This document shows, in pieces, positions 1-9,124 of a DNA stretch of 64,000 nucleotides. Position 1 is the first letter of the stretch. Each line of letters starts with the position of its first letter. The DNA comes from an uncultured Prevotella sp. (GTDB lineage: Bacteria > Bacteroidota > Bacteroidia > Bacteroidales > Bacteroidaceae). The notes beneath the pieces are model-generated. The model ran no database searches and was not told the origin of the DNA. It worked only from the letters and a program-made list of their open reading frames with translations. The translations under genes and the position numbers were made by a program. The stretch lies in contig CAMHTW010000012.1 of NCBI GenBank assembly GCA_946188165.1, positions 1,595 through 65,594 of the forward strand. Reading direction: 5' to 3'.

Positions 1-1
1 G

Positions 2-2116
2 GGCTTCCGCAAGACGCGCTTTGGCGAGGGCAAGATATGGCTCAACGACCGTGTACTCATGGTGCACGGCTATGCCCAGCGAACCAGCAACGAATGGCCC
101 GGCGTGGGTATCTCCGTGCCTGCATGGCTGAGCGACTACAGCAACCAGCTGATGGTGGAGTCGGGTGGTAACATGGTGCGCTGGATGCACGTCACCCCCT
201 GGAAGCAGGACATAGAGTCGTGCGACCGAGTGGGACTGCCCCAGGCCATGCCTGCCGGTGATGCCGAGAAGGATGTGACCGGTCCGCGCTGGAACCAGCG
301 TACCGAGCTGATGCGCGACGCCATCATCTACAACCGCAACAATCCCAGCATCCTGTTCTATGAGGGCGGCAACGAGAGCATCTCGCGCGAACACATGCTG
401 GAGTTGAAGCAGATTCGCGACCAGTACGACCCTCATGGAGGACGTGCCATCGGTAGCCGTGAGATGCTGGATATTGACGAGGCAGAATATGGCGGTGAGA
501 TGCTGTACATCAACAAGTCGCACAAGCACCCCATGTGGGCCATGGAGTATTGCCGCGACGAGGGCCTGCGCAAATACTGGGACGCCTACAGCTATCCGTT
601 CCACAAGGAAGGGGAGGGCCCGCTCTATCGTGGTCAGCCGGCCCGTGAGTATAACCATAACATGGACGAGTTTGCCATTGAGATGGTGCGCCGCTGGTAT
701 GACTACTGGGTGGAGCGCCCCGGCACGGGTACCCGTGTCAGCAGCGGTGGCGTGAAGATAGTCTTCTCTGACACCAACACCCACCATCGTGGCGAGTCGA
801 ACTACCGCACCAGCGGTGTCACCGATGCTATGCGCATTGCCAAGGATGCCTTCTTCGTCCATCAGGCGATGTGGACCGGCTGGGTTGATGACGAAATGGC
901 GAAGACCTACATCATCGGACACTGGAACTATCCCGCCCAGACCGTCAAGCCCGTCTATGTCGTATCTACTGCTGACGAGGTTGAGCTGTTCCTGAACGGA
1001 AAGAGCCTGGGCAAGGGCCGTCGGGAGTATAACTACCTGCATACCTTCGACAATGTCAGCTATGAACCTGGAAAGTTGGAGGCCGTTGGTTCTGATGGCA
1101 GCCGCTATCAGGTGGAGACGGCCGGTGAGCCTTATCAGCTGAAGCTGACCACCATTGAGAATCCCGAGGGCATGAAGGCTGACGGTGCTGACATGGCGAT
1201 GATACAGGTAGAGGTGGTGGACCGCCAGGGACGCCGCTGTCCGTTGGACGACCGCCTCATCAACTTCACGCTGATGGGCGAAGGCCGTTGGATTGGCGGT
1301 ATCGGTACACGCCAGAATCAGAAGTTCCTCGTAGAAGACAAGCAGCGCGACAAGAGCCTGTTGGATGCAGCGAACAAAAAGAATCTCTCTGACAATTACG
1401 TCGGTGCCATGGTGCTGCCCGTCGAGTGTGGCGTCAATCGCGTCTTGGTGCGCAGCACCGTCAATGCCGGCACGATGACCGTCTATGCCAGTGCTGACGG
1501 TCTGAAGGACGTGAAGCAGGTGGTGATCAAGACGAACGCCGTCGATAAAGAACAGCAGATGCCCGCCCTGACCCTCAGGGGACAGCTGACGCGCGGCGAG
1601 ACCCCGCAGACACCGTCATATCAGGACCGTGCCGTAGGCATAGGCATCAAGGCTGCCAAGGCAGGCTATGACTCTGAGCATGCCGCACGCAGCTTTGACG
1701 ACAACGAACTGTCAGAGTGGAAGAATGACGGCAAGCTGTCGACAGCCTGGGTGACATACCAGCTGGAGCGCAAAGCCGTCGTCAATGATATCTGCATGAA
1801 ACTGACCGGCTGGCGCCTGCGCAGCTATCCGTTGGAAATCTATGCCGGCAAGAAACTCATCTGGAGCGGTGAGACGCCACGCAGTCTGGGTTACATTCAT
1901 CTGAAGCCTACCCAGGACGTGAAGACCAACGAGATTACCATCCGCCTGAAGGGAGCCGGCAAGGATAAGGATGCCTTTGGCGGTATTGTCGAGGTGGCTG
2001 AACCTGCTGCCGGAGAACTCGACCTGTTTAAGGCCAAGAAGGGTGGCGAGACCAAAAACGAGCTTCGCATCGTGGAAATAGAATTCTTGGAACACAATAA
2101 TAAATGTAGACTATGA
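2..2116 (+). CDS. GH2 glycoside hydrolase (beta-galactosidase-like), 5'-truncated by the window edge
   Basis: The frame is open from base 2 (GFRKTRFGEGKIWLNDRVLMVHGYAQR). GH2 motifs RNNPSILFYEGGNE (acid/base) and AMEYCRDE are present, then HWN...VELFLNGKSLG...YEPGKLEAVG Ig-like domains and a C-terminal discoidin-like domain. Confidence 0.85.
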   Translation, partial: GFRKTRFGEGKIWLNDRVLMVHGYAQRTSNEWPGVGISVPAWLSDYSNQLMVESGGNMVRWMHVTPWKQDIESCDRVGLPQAMPAGDAEKDVTGPRWNQRTELMRDAIIYNRNNPSILFYEGGNESISREHMLELKQIRDQYDPHGGRAIGSREMLDIDEAEYGGEMLYINKSHKHPMWAMEYCRDEGLRKYWDAYSYPFHKEGEGPLYRGQPAREYNHNMDEFAIEMVRRWYDYWVERPGTGTRVSSGGVKIVFSDTNTHHRGESNYRTSGVTDAMRIAKDAFFVHQAMWTGWVDDEMAKTYIIGHWNYPAQTVKPVYVVSTADEVELFLNGKSLGKGRREYNYLHTFDNVSYEPGKLEAVGSDGSRYQVETAGEPYQLKLTTIENPEGMKADGADMAMIQVEVVDRQGRRCPLDDRLINFTLMGEGRWIGGIGTRQNQKFLVEDKQRDKSLLDAANKKNLSDNYVGAMVLPVECGVNRVLVRSTVNAGTMTVYASADGLKDVKQVVIKTNAVDKEQQMPALTLRGQLTRGETPQTPSYQDRAVGIGIKAAKAGYDSEHAARSFDDNELSEWKNDGKLSTAWVTYQLERKAVVNDICMKLTGWRLRSYPLEIYAGKKLIWSGETPRSLGYIHLKPTQDVKTNEITIRLKGAGKDKDAFGGIVEVAEPAAGELDLFKAKKGGETKNELRIVEIEFLEHNNKCRL

Positions 2117-4410
2117 AACCGAACAAAAAGCTATTAATGGTTCTGGGCTTGTTGGCAACGAGTACGCTGGTGACGGTTGCACAGACAGACCATTCGAAAA
2201 ATCGTCAGCTGTGGGGCTCTATAGCCACGGTGCCCAGTTCCGGTGCTATCAACTATGGCGACTATACGGCAGCGAACAATAAGGTGCTGCTGACATGGCG
2301 CATGCTGCCGGAAGATACGGAGGACACCGCCTTCAACCTGTGGCGTAAAATGGGAGAAAACGGCACCTGGAGCTGCGTGAACGACTACTTCAAGTCGGGC
2401 ACCAAAGGCATCAAGGGGACGAACTACCAGCACGACCCGATAGCCACCGTCACGGGCGACATCTACTATCGACTGACCATAGCGGATGGTGTCAAGGCCA
2501 ACATGACCCCCGACAATTTTATTGCAGAATATAAGATGACCAGGGCACAGGCTACCGCCAAGGAGCCCTACATTACCATTCCCCTGAAGTCTACTGAGGA
2601 CGTCTCGGGCGAACAATATGCCGACATCTTTAAATACCAGGCTAACGACTGCTCAGTGGGCGACCTCGATGGTGACGGTGTGATGGAAGTGGTGGTCAAG
2701 CGCCTGTTGACCTACTACGATGCCTCGGGTAATGTTACCGGTACCAGTGAAGGCGCAGGCGACAGTGACAAACGTGCCAAGCACATTGCCATCTTCGACG
2801 CCTATAAGCTGGATGGTACGTTTATGTGGCGTGTCATGTCAGGTCCCAATATCATTGCCGGCAACTCCATCAACTTTGCCGTGGCTGACCTTGATGGGGA
2901 CGGTTGCTGTGAGGTGGTGACCAAGACCGGTGAAGGTACCGTCTTTGGTGACGGCCAGGAAATTGGCGACACTGACGGCGACGGTAAGACAGACTACCGC
3001 GACGTGTGGCCCGCCGGTCACTATACAGGCGACGGTCCTAAAGGCTATGGCGGTCCGGAGTTCTTCTCTGTCATTGACGGTAAGACAGGACGCGAACTGG
3101 CACGCAACAACTTCATAGCCCGTGGCCCGGAGGGACAGACACCGGCCCAGTGGGCAGCCAACTGGGAGGCGAACGACTGGAAATGGGATCCACGTGACAA
3201 AAAATACCAATGGAAACTGGCTAACTCGTTACGTCTGGGTGTCGCTGAGTTCACAGGACGCGGCATGCAGGTGTTCCTGGGACGTGGCGTCTACGGACGT
3301 ACCATCGTCGAGGGCTGGGACTATCTGCCTGGTACCCCCGACACAGAGCGTAACCTTGAAGGTTCGCTGACACGTCTGTGGAAATTCGATACCGATACGC
3401 CGGGCGGTGCTGACACCAACAAGGACGGCAAGCCCAATAGTGCCTATGCTGGACAAGGTAACCATGCCTTTAATGTGGCTGACCTTGACGGTGACGGCTT
3501 TGACGAGGTGATGTACGGCTCATGCGCCTGGGACAACGACGGTACAGGCCTGTGGACTACAGGGCTGGGCCATGGCGATGCCAATCATGTGGGTGTATTC
3601 CAGAAAGGCTACAACGGCCTGCAAGTCTACCACTGCCTGGAAAACGGCAAGACAGAGGTTGCCCTGCATGACGGCAAGACCGGTTCGACCATCTGGTCTG
3701 TTGTTGCCGCAGCGGATAACGACCAGGGACGTTGCATGGTGGCTGATGTCACCCCGAGTTCGCCTGGCTGTGAGTTCTGGAAGTATGGCAATGAACTCTA
3801 TACGCAGGATGGAAAACCGCTGACCAACGGTGAAGGCACGCGTCTCAAGGAGAGTTCTGCCAATGCCGGCATCTGGTTCGATGGAACGCTAAACCGCCAA
3901 ATGATTAACGAAGGTATCATTAACAGTTTTGCCAAAGGGCGTACCTTTACGATGTACCGTTACGATATATCGTTCAACAACTCCACGAAGTCCAATCCCG
4001 GTTGGTATGGCGACTTCCTGGGCGACTGGCGTGAGGAGGTTATTGTTCCCGATGCTTCAAAGTTGAAGAATCTGAAGATTTTCTCAACATGGTATCCTAG
4101 TGATTTACGTATTCCCTACCTGATGAGTGACCACACCTACAAGATGCAGACCATTCACGAGCAGGTGGGCTACAACCAACCCACGAATGTCGGTTACTAT
4201 TTAGGCAGCGACCAGACGATGGCAGAGATATGGGCAGCCGCCCAGAAGGCTGATGAAGCCATTCACAACCGTATACCTACAGGTATTCAGGAAATCAGCA
4301 CTGTTCAGCCTGCCAAACGTGAAAGCACCTACGACCTGCAGGGACGTCGTGTGACATCGCCCAGGGGTGGACTCTATATTTGTAATGGAAAGAAAGTAAT
4401 GGTTAAATAA
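2113..4410 (+). CDS. PL11 rhamnogalacturonan lyase (YesW/YesX-like) with T9SS CTD
   Basis: Signal peptide; LLTWRMLP; DxDxDG Ca-binding blades (GDLDGDG, ADLDGDG); GQGNH, GHGDANH, GDWREE, YNQPT; CTD TGI...YDLQGRRV...GLYICNGKKVMVK. ATGA-type 4-bp overlap with the GH2 gene. Confidence 0.88.
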   Translation: MKPNKKLLMVLGLLATSTLVTVAQTDHSKNRQLWGSIATVPSSGAINYGDYTAANNKVLLTWRMLPEDTEDTAFNLWRKMGENGTWSCVNDYFKSGTKGIKGTNYQHDPIATVTGDIYYRLTIADGVKANMTPDNFIAEYKMTRAQATAKEPYITIPLKSTEDVSGEQYADIFKYQANDCSVGDLDGDGVMEVVVKRLLTYYDASGNVTGTSEGAGDSDKRAKHIAIFDAYKLDGTFMWRVMSGPNIIAGNSINFAVADLDGDGCCEVVTKTGEGTVFGDGQEIGDTDGDGKTDYRDVWPAGHYTGDGPKGYGGPEFFSVIDGKTGRELARNNFIARGPEGQTPAQWAANWEANDWKWDPRDKKYQWKLANSLRLGVAEFTGRGMQVFLGRGVYGRTIVEGWDYLPGTPDTERNLEGSLTRLWKFDTDTPGGADTNKDGKPNSAYAGQGNHAFNVADLDGDGFDEVMYGSCAWDNDGTGLWTTGLGHGDANHVGVFQKGYNGLQVYHCLENGKTEVALHDGKTGSTIWSVVAAADNDQGRCMVADVTPSSPGCEFWKYGNELYTQDGKPLTNGEGTRLKESSANAGIWFDGTLNRQMINEGIINSFAKGRTFTMYRYDISFNNSTKSNPGWYGDFLGDWREEVIVPDASKLKNLKIFSTWYPSDLRIPYLMSDHTYKMQTIHEQVGYNQPTNVGYYLGSDQTMAEIWAAAQKADEAIHNRIPTGIQEISTVQPAKRESTYDLQGRRVTSPRGGLYICNGKKVMVK

Positions 4411-4434
4411 GTAACTTAGAAAATAACGATAACT

Positions 4435-7400
4435 ATGAGGAAATTGTTTTTATTTACTTTGATGGCTTTTACCGCCATAGGCATGCAGGCACAGCGCGTC
4501 ACCGACAAGCTGACACGTGGTCTCATTGCCATACCGCAAGGTGACAAGACTGGTCAGGATGCCACTTACGGAATGCCAGGCACGGGTGTCTTTGTCAGTT
4601 GGCGCATACTCCCCACAGAGTACTACGACACCAAGTACAACGTCTATCGTGACGGCACAAAGGTTGCTGAAGGTCTGACGGCATCCAACTATCAGGACGA
4701 CAGCGGCAGTAAGACGTCCACCTATCGTGTCGTACCCGTTGTCCTGGGTACGGAGCGGACTGACTTAGCTGCTGAGTGTAAACCATGGGACCACCAGTAT
4801 TGGGAAATACCCGTCAAACCCGTTGTCAACCGCAACGGAGCCACGCTGAGCGGCTATAGCCTGAACGATTGCTCTGTGGCTGATGTCGACGGCGACGGAC
4901 AGTTTGAATTTGTGGTCAAGCGCCGTAACGACAGTGGCAACCTGAATACATCGGGCAACACCACCGACTTCAACCTGCACGAGTGCTACAAGATGGACGG
5001 CACCCGTCTGTGGTGGATTGACATGGGTCCGAACTTGATGGCCGGTCCTGACGAGCAGTTCGACCTCATCTTGTACGACTGGGATCAGGACGGCAAGGCT
5101 GAGGCCCTGATGCGTGGTGCCGACAACATGATTATCCACACTGCTACGGGCAAGACAATCAAGATAGGTAACATGAACTACTATGCGCCACGCGACGAAT
5201 ACACCAAGGCAGGCAATGAGTACCTGCTCTACATCAATGGTGAGACTGGCGAGCCCTACGGTTGGGACGGTTCGGAGAACTGGACCCCAATGGCCTATCC
5301 CTTGCCCCGCTTCGAGAGCGGCGAGAGCGACTACGCTTCAGTCTGGGGCGCCTCTGACACGGGCCACCGTGCCACGAAGCACTATTTTGGTGCGCCCTAT
5401 CTGGATGGTCGTAATGCCAGCATCTTCTTAGGCCGTGGCTGCTATACGCGCCACAAATTCTGCGCATTAGACGTCAACAAAGAGACGCACGAACTGACAC
5501 AGCGCTGGCGCTGGAACTGCTACGACTCCAGGTCGCCTTGGTTCGGTAACGGCTTCCACAATTTTGCCATTGCTGACGTAGACTGCGACGGACGCGACGA
5601 GATAGTGTTCGGGTCGATGATGATCGACGATACCGGCTATGGCCTTGCCACTACTGGCTTTGGTCACGGCGATGCCCAGCACTGTGGCGACCTCGACCCC
5701 TATCGCTGGGGCTTGGAGCAGTTCGTCTGTCTGGAGAACGCCTCATCACCTGGCGTAGCCTATACCGCTGCTACCACACAGACATTGCGCTATACGACTG
5801 GCGGCGGTTCTGACAACGGCCGCTGCATGGCCGGCAATTTCCAGAACAGCTATCCCGGTGCTATCGGCATCTCTGGTAACGGTATCAGTCTGGTGGCAGA
5901 TAAGGTCATCGACGGCTTTGGCGGTTATGGCGACGACTATGTCAACATGCGCGTATACTGGGATGGTGACCTGCTGGACGAATTTATGGATTCTCCAGGC
6001 GTAGAGCGTAATCCTACCGTCTATAAGTTCCCCGGACAGAAAGAGGTAGGCACAGACCGCAGCTTTACAAACGGCCGCTGCTGGATGGGACAGGGTAACC
6101 TGAACAATTCGTCGAAGAACAACCCCTGCTTCCTGGGCGACATTCTGGGCGACTGGCGTGAAGAGATTGTATCGCGCACCAGCGACAAGCTGATAATCCA
6201 GACTACCAGCTATCCAACAACATGGGGTATCACCTCGCTGTGGTACGACCACGAATACCGTAACGGCATGACCTGGCAGTCGGTAGGCTACAACCAGCCC
6301 CCTCATGTCAGCTTCTTCTTAGGCGAACTGGAAGGCATCACCAAGGAGCCTCCTGCAGTGACGCTCGAAGGACGTACGGAGGTGACGGGAAGCATCCAGA
6401 CGACCAAGGACCACCTGCTGATTTCCGGCTACGAGAACAAAACCATCAACGTACAGGATGGTGCCTCTCCCTATATATTAACAGTGAACGCGCCCGCGTG
6501 GGTAAAAGGCAGTGGCGACCAACAGGCTGTCGCTTCGACACCCAAGGTGCCTCAGCAGACCATCGAGACCTTTACCACCACCCTGACGGGCGGTGCCTTC
6601 AGCGGCACCACGCGACTCGTCAAGCAGGGTGAAGGTGTGCTCATCCTTCCGAACGTCGTCGAGAAGCATTCCGGTGCTACTGACGTCTGGCAGGGCACGC
6701 TTCAGTTTGACGGCACTTTTGAGAGCAGTCCTCTGTGGCTGAATCGTCATACCACGCTAATCTCCAACGGTGGTAAGTTCCTTGGCGGACTGAAGGCAGA
6801 CTATAACGCCACCATCTATCCTGGCGGCCAGGGCACTGTCGGCAGCATCACAGCCTCGACACTTGACCTGGGCTTTGGATCGCGCCTCGTCATTGACGGC
6901 AGCAATGGCCAGTTTGACCAGGTGAACGTTACAAGCCTGAAAATTGATGCCAAGACCGACCCGGCATGGGTGAACTACGGTCCACGCTACAAGACCCCAG
7001 TCATACAGATTCAATACGACGGCGTCATAGAGGCGGGTACATACCAGATAGGTACCGTCGGTGCTGTTGACGGAAATGTTTCCGACCTGCTCGTAGAAGG
7101 CTTGGGCGACAATGTCAAGACTTCGCTTGCCCTTCAGGACGGCAAACTGCTGCTCGTGGTCGAGAACATGCGTGATGCCGGACTGGTAGCATGGAACGGC
7201 ACGACGGACAACAGCACATGGCTGCAAGGCGTCAGCGAGAACTTCCTCTATGGCGACAAGGCCAGCTATATGGCTTCGGGTGACGATGTTGTATTCGACG
7301 ACAATGCTGCTTCTACCGATGTGGTCATCAGTGGTTCAGTGAGCCCCAAGTCTGTGACTTTCAATAATGAGACCAAGAATTACACCTTCTCTGGCGACAG

Positions 7401-9048
7401 CATCGTCGGTGGAGGTCCCGTCACGAAGAACGGACAGGGTACCGTGACCTTCAACAACTGGAACCACATCGGGTCGACAACCATCAATGGCGGTATCGTC
7501 AACGTAGCAATGCTGGCTAACAACAGTGGTCAGGCATGGGGTTCTTTAGGCGGTGTGTCGTCACCCATCATCATGAATGACGGTACGACACTGGTCACCA
7601 ATGGTGTCATCATCACCGACCAGGTACTGACTGTCAGCGGCGACGTGACCGTCGAGGTACCTTCCGGCGAGAGCGTCATCTTCAATAAGGCCATCAGGGG
7701 CACTGGTGCTACCGTTAATAAGACTGGTGCAGGTTCCATGGAAATTGGTAAGGTGACTAATACCTTCGCAAAGATGGTTATCAAGGTCGGTACAGTCGTA
7801 TCGAACTTCAATACCTCTGGTGCTGAGACACTGCCAAAGACTGTTGAGTTCCAGGGCGGTACACTGTGGGGTGCCAATATGGAAGACGGTGGCGGTGTCA
7901 CAAATTCGACAGCCTTCATCGTGCCGGAAGGCAAGACAGGCACGTTCTACTCATCGTTCCGTGGTACCTATACAGGTACGCTGACAGGTGCAGGTACGTT
8001 CAATGTTTACACTGGCGGTGTCCGTGCCTACTTCAATGGTAACTGGAGCAACTTTGAAGGTACAGTCAACATTGGCAAGAACAACCGTCAGAACAAGAAG
8101 TCGTACGACCCGGCATTCTTGATAAACAACTCATACGGTATGCCCAAGGCTACGGTCAACGTCAATGCCAAGGCTCGTCTGGACAACCAGGGCAAAAGCT
8201 ACCGCGTGAAGAAGTTTGGCGGTACGGGAGCCCTTGTCGGTTCAGGACAGTGGATTGTCGATTGCGATGAGAATTTTACGCTGACCACTGAAGTCGGCAT
8301 TACCTCTGAGCGTAAGGACGACTATGGCGGTACCATTGGCGTCAGTGCTTCACCATTGACTAAGCGAGGCACTGGAAAAATGATCATGACTGCTGGTAAG
8401 ATGTATGGCGTCCTGACCGTCGAGGGAGGAACGGTTTCGTTCAACAACATTCTGATGAACACGCTGCTGAACGGTGCTAATGGTGTTAATGTGAAGGATG
8501 AAGGACGTATAGTCGGACAGGGACTGGTACACAAGATGACCCTGACGGCAGGTGCAGAACTGATACCTTGTGCATCGACGGCCAATGAGACCAGTCCAGG
8601 TACCATCAAGTGCAATAACGAGATAAGCGTCAGCGAGGGAGCAACGGTTACCTTCCTGAAGAATAGCAGCAAGAATTCGCTGCTTAACACCAAGAACCTC
8701 GTGATGAACGGAACTGTCAAGGTGGTGTTGAACAGCAACTATACCCCTGCTATTGGCGATGCACTGACGCTCTGGACACTCAGCGGCACCTTCAGCGGTA
8801 CTCCGAAGTTTGACTTGCCCGAGCTGCCTGCAGGCATGGCTTGGGACACCACCCAGCTGACTGACGGTACCGGAATTCTGCGTATCGTCGAGGCGACAGC
8901 TGTCCATCAGATAGCCGTAGATGCTGATCCGAAGAATGTCTATGACCTGCAGGGACGTCTGGTTCGCCGTCAGTTGACAGCTACCGACACGCGAGGACTG
9001 CCAGCAGGTGTCTACATCCGTGGTGGTAAGAAGGTTGTGATAAAGTAA
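4435..9048 (+). CDS. PL11 rhamnogalacturonan lyase fused to an autotransporter-associated beta-strand-repeat (beta-helix) region, with T9SS CTD
   Basis: N-terminal PL11 motifs (LTRGLIA, VFVSWR, GHGDAQH, GDWREE, YNQPPH); repeated LVKQGEGVLIL / VTKNGQGTVTF / VNKTGAGSMEI / LTKRGTGKMIM motifs; LPELPAGMAWDT; CTD YDLQGRLV...GVYIRGGKKVVIK. Confidence 0.88.
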   Translation: MRKLFLFTLMAFTAIGMQAQRVTDKLTRGLIAIPQGDKTGQDATYGMPGTGVFVSWRILPTEYYDTKYNVYRDGTKVAEGLTASNYQDDSGSKTSTYRVVPVVLGTERTDLAAECKPWDHQYWEIPVKPVVNRNGATLSGYSLNDCSVADVDGDGQFEFVVKRRNDSGNLNTSGNTTDFNLHECYKMDGTRLWWIDMGPNLMAGPDEQFDLILYDWDQDGKAEALMRGADNMIIHTATGKTIKIGNMNYYAPRDEYTKAGNEYLLYINGETGEPYGWDGSENWTPMAYPLPRFESGESDYASVWGASDTGHRATKHYFGAPYLDGRNASIFLGRGCYTRHKFCALDVNKETHELTQRWRWNCYDSRSPWFGNGFHNFAIADVDCDGRDEIVFGSMMIDDTGYGLATTGFGHGDAQHCGDLDPYRWGLEQFVCLENASSPGVAYTAATTQTLRYTTGGGSDNGRCMAGNFQNSYPGAIGISGNGISLVADKVIDGFGGYGDDYVNMRVYWDGDLLDEFMDSPGVERNPTVYKFPGQKEVGTDRSFTNGRCWMGQGNLNNSSKNNPCFLGDILGDWREEIVSRTSDKLIIQTTSYPTTWGITSLWYDHEYRNGMTWQSVGYNQPPHVSFFLGELEGITKEPPAVTLEGRTEVTGSIQTTKDHLLISGYENKTINVQDGASPYILTVNAPAWVKGSGDQQAVASTPKVPQQTIETFTTTLTGGAFSGTTRLVKQGEGVLILPNVVEKHSGATDVWQGTLQFDGTFESSPLWLNRHTTLISNGGKFLGGLKADYNATIYPGGQGTVGSITASTLDLGFGSRLVIDGSNGQFDQVNVTSLKIDAKTDPAWVNYGPRYKTPVIQIQYDGVIEAGTYQIGTVGAVDGNVSDLLVEGLGDNVKTSLALQDGKLLLVVENMRDAGLVAWNGTTDNSTWLQGVSENFLYGDKASYMASGDDVVFDDNAASTDVVISGSVSPKSVTFNNETKNYTFSGDSIVGGGPVTKNGQGTVTFNNWNHIGSTTINGGIVNVAMLANNSGQAWGSLGGVSSPIIMNDGTTLVTNGVIITDQVLTVSGDVTVEVPSGESVIFNKAIRGTGATVNKTGAGSMEIGKVTNTFAKMVIKVGTVVSNFNTSGAETLPKTVEFQGGTLWGANMEDGGGVTNSTAFIVPEGKTGTFYSSFRGTYTGTLTGAGTFNVYTGGVRAYFNGNWSNFEGTVNIGKNNRQNKKSYDPAFLINNSYGMPKATVNVNAKARLDNQGKSYRVKKFGGTGALVGSGQWIVDCDENFTLTTEVGITSERKDDYGGTIGVSASPLTKRGTGKMIMTAGKMYGVLTVEGGTVSFNNILMNTLLNGANGVNVKDEGRIVGQGLVHKMTLTAGAELIPCASTANETSPGTIKCNNEISVSEGATVTFLKNSSKNSLLNTKNLVMNGTVKVVLNSNYTPAIGDALTLWTLSGTFSGTPKFDLPELPAGMAWDTTQLTDGTGILRIVEATAVHQIAVDADPKNVYDLQGRLVRRQLTATDTRGLPAGVYIRGGKKVVIK

Positions 9049-9069
9049 GCGGAAATGCTTCTCACTTCT

Positions 9070-9113
9070 ATAAGAAATGCGGCGCTACAAATGAGTAGTG
9101 CCGCATTTCTTAT
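9070..9113. terminator. Bidirectional intrinsic terminator between convergent PL11 and GH106 genes
   Basis: ATAAGAAATGCGGCGCTAC-aaatga-GTAGTGCCGCATTTCTTAT, a near-perfect 19-bp stem between two convergent stop codons. Confidence 0.8.
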
Positions 9114-9124
9114 CTGTCGTATGG

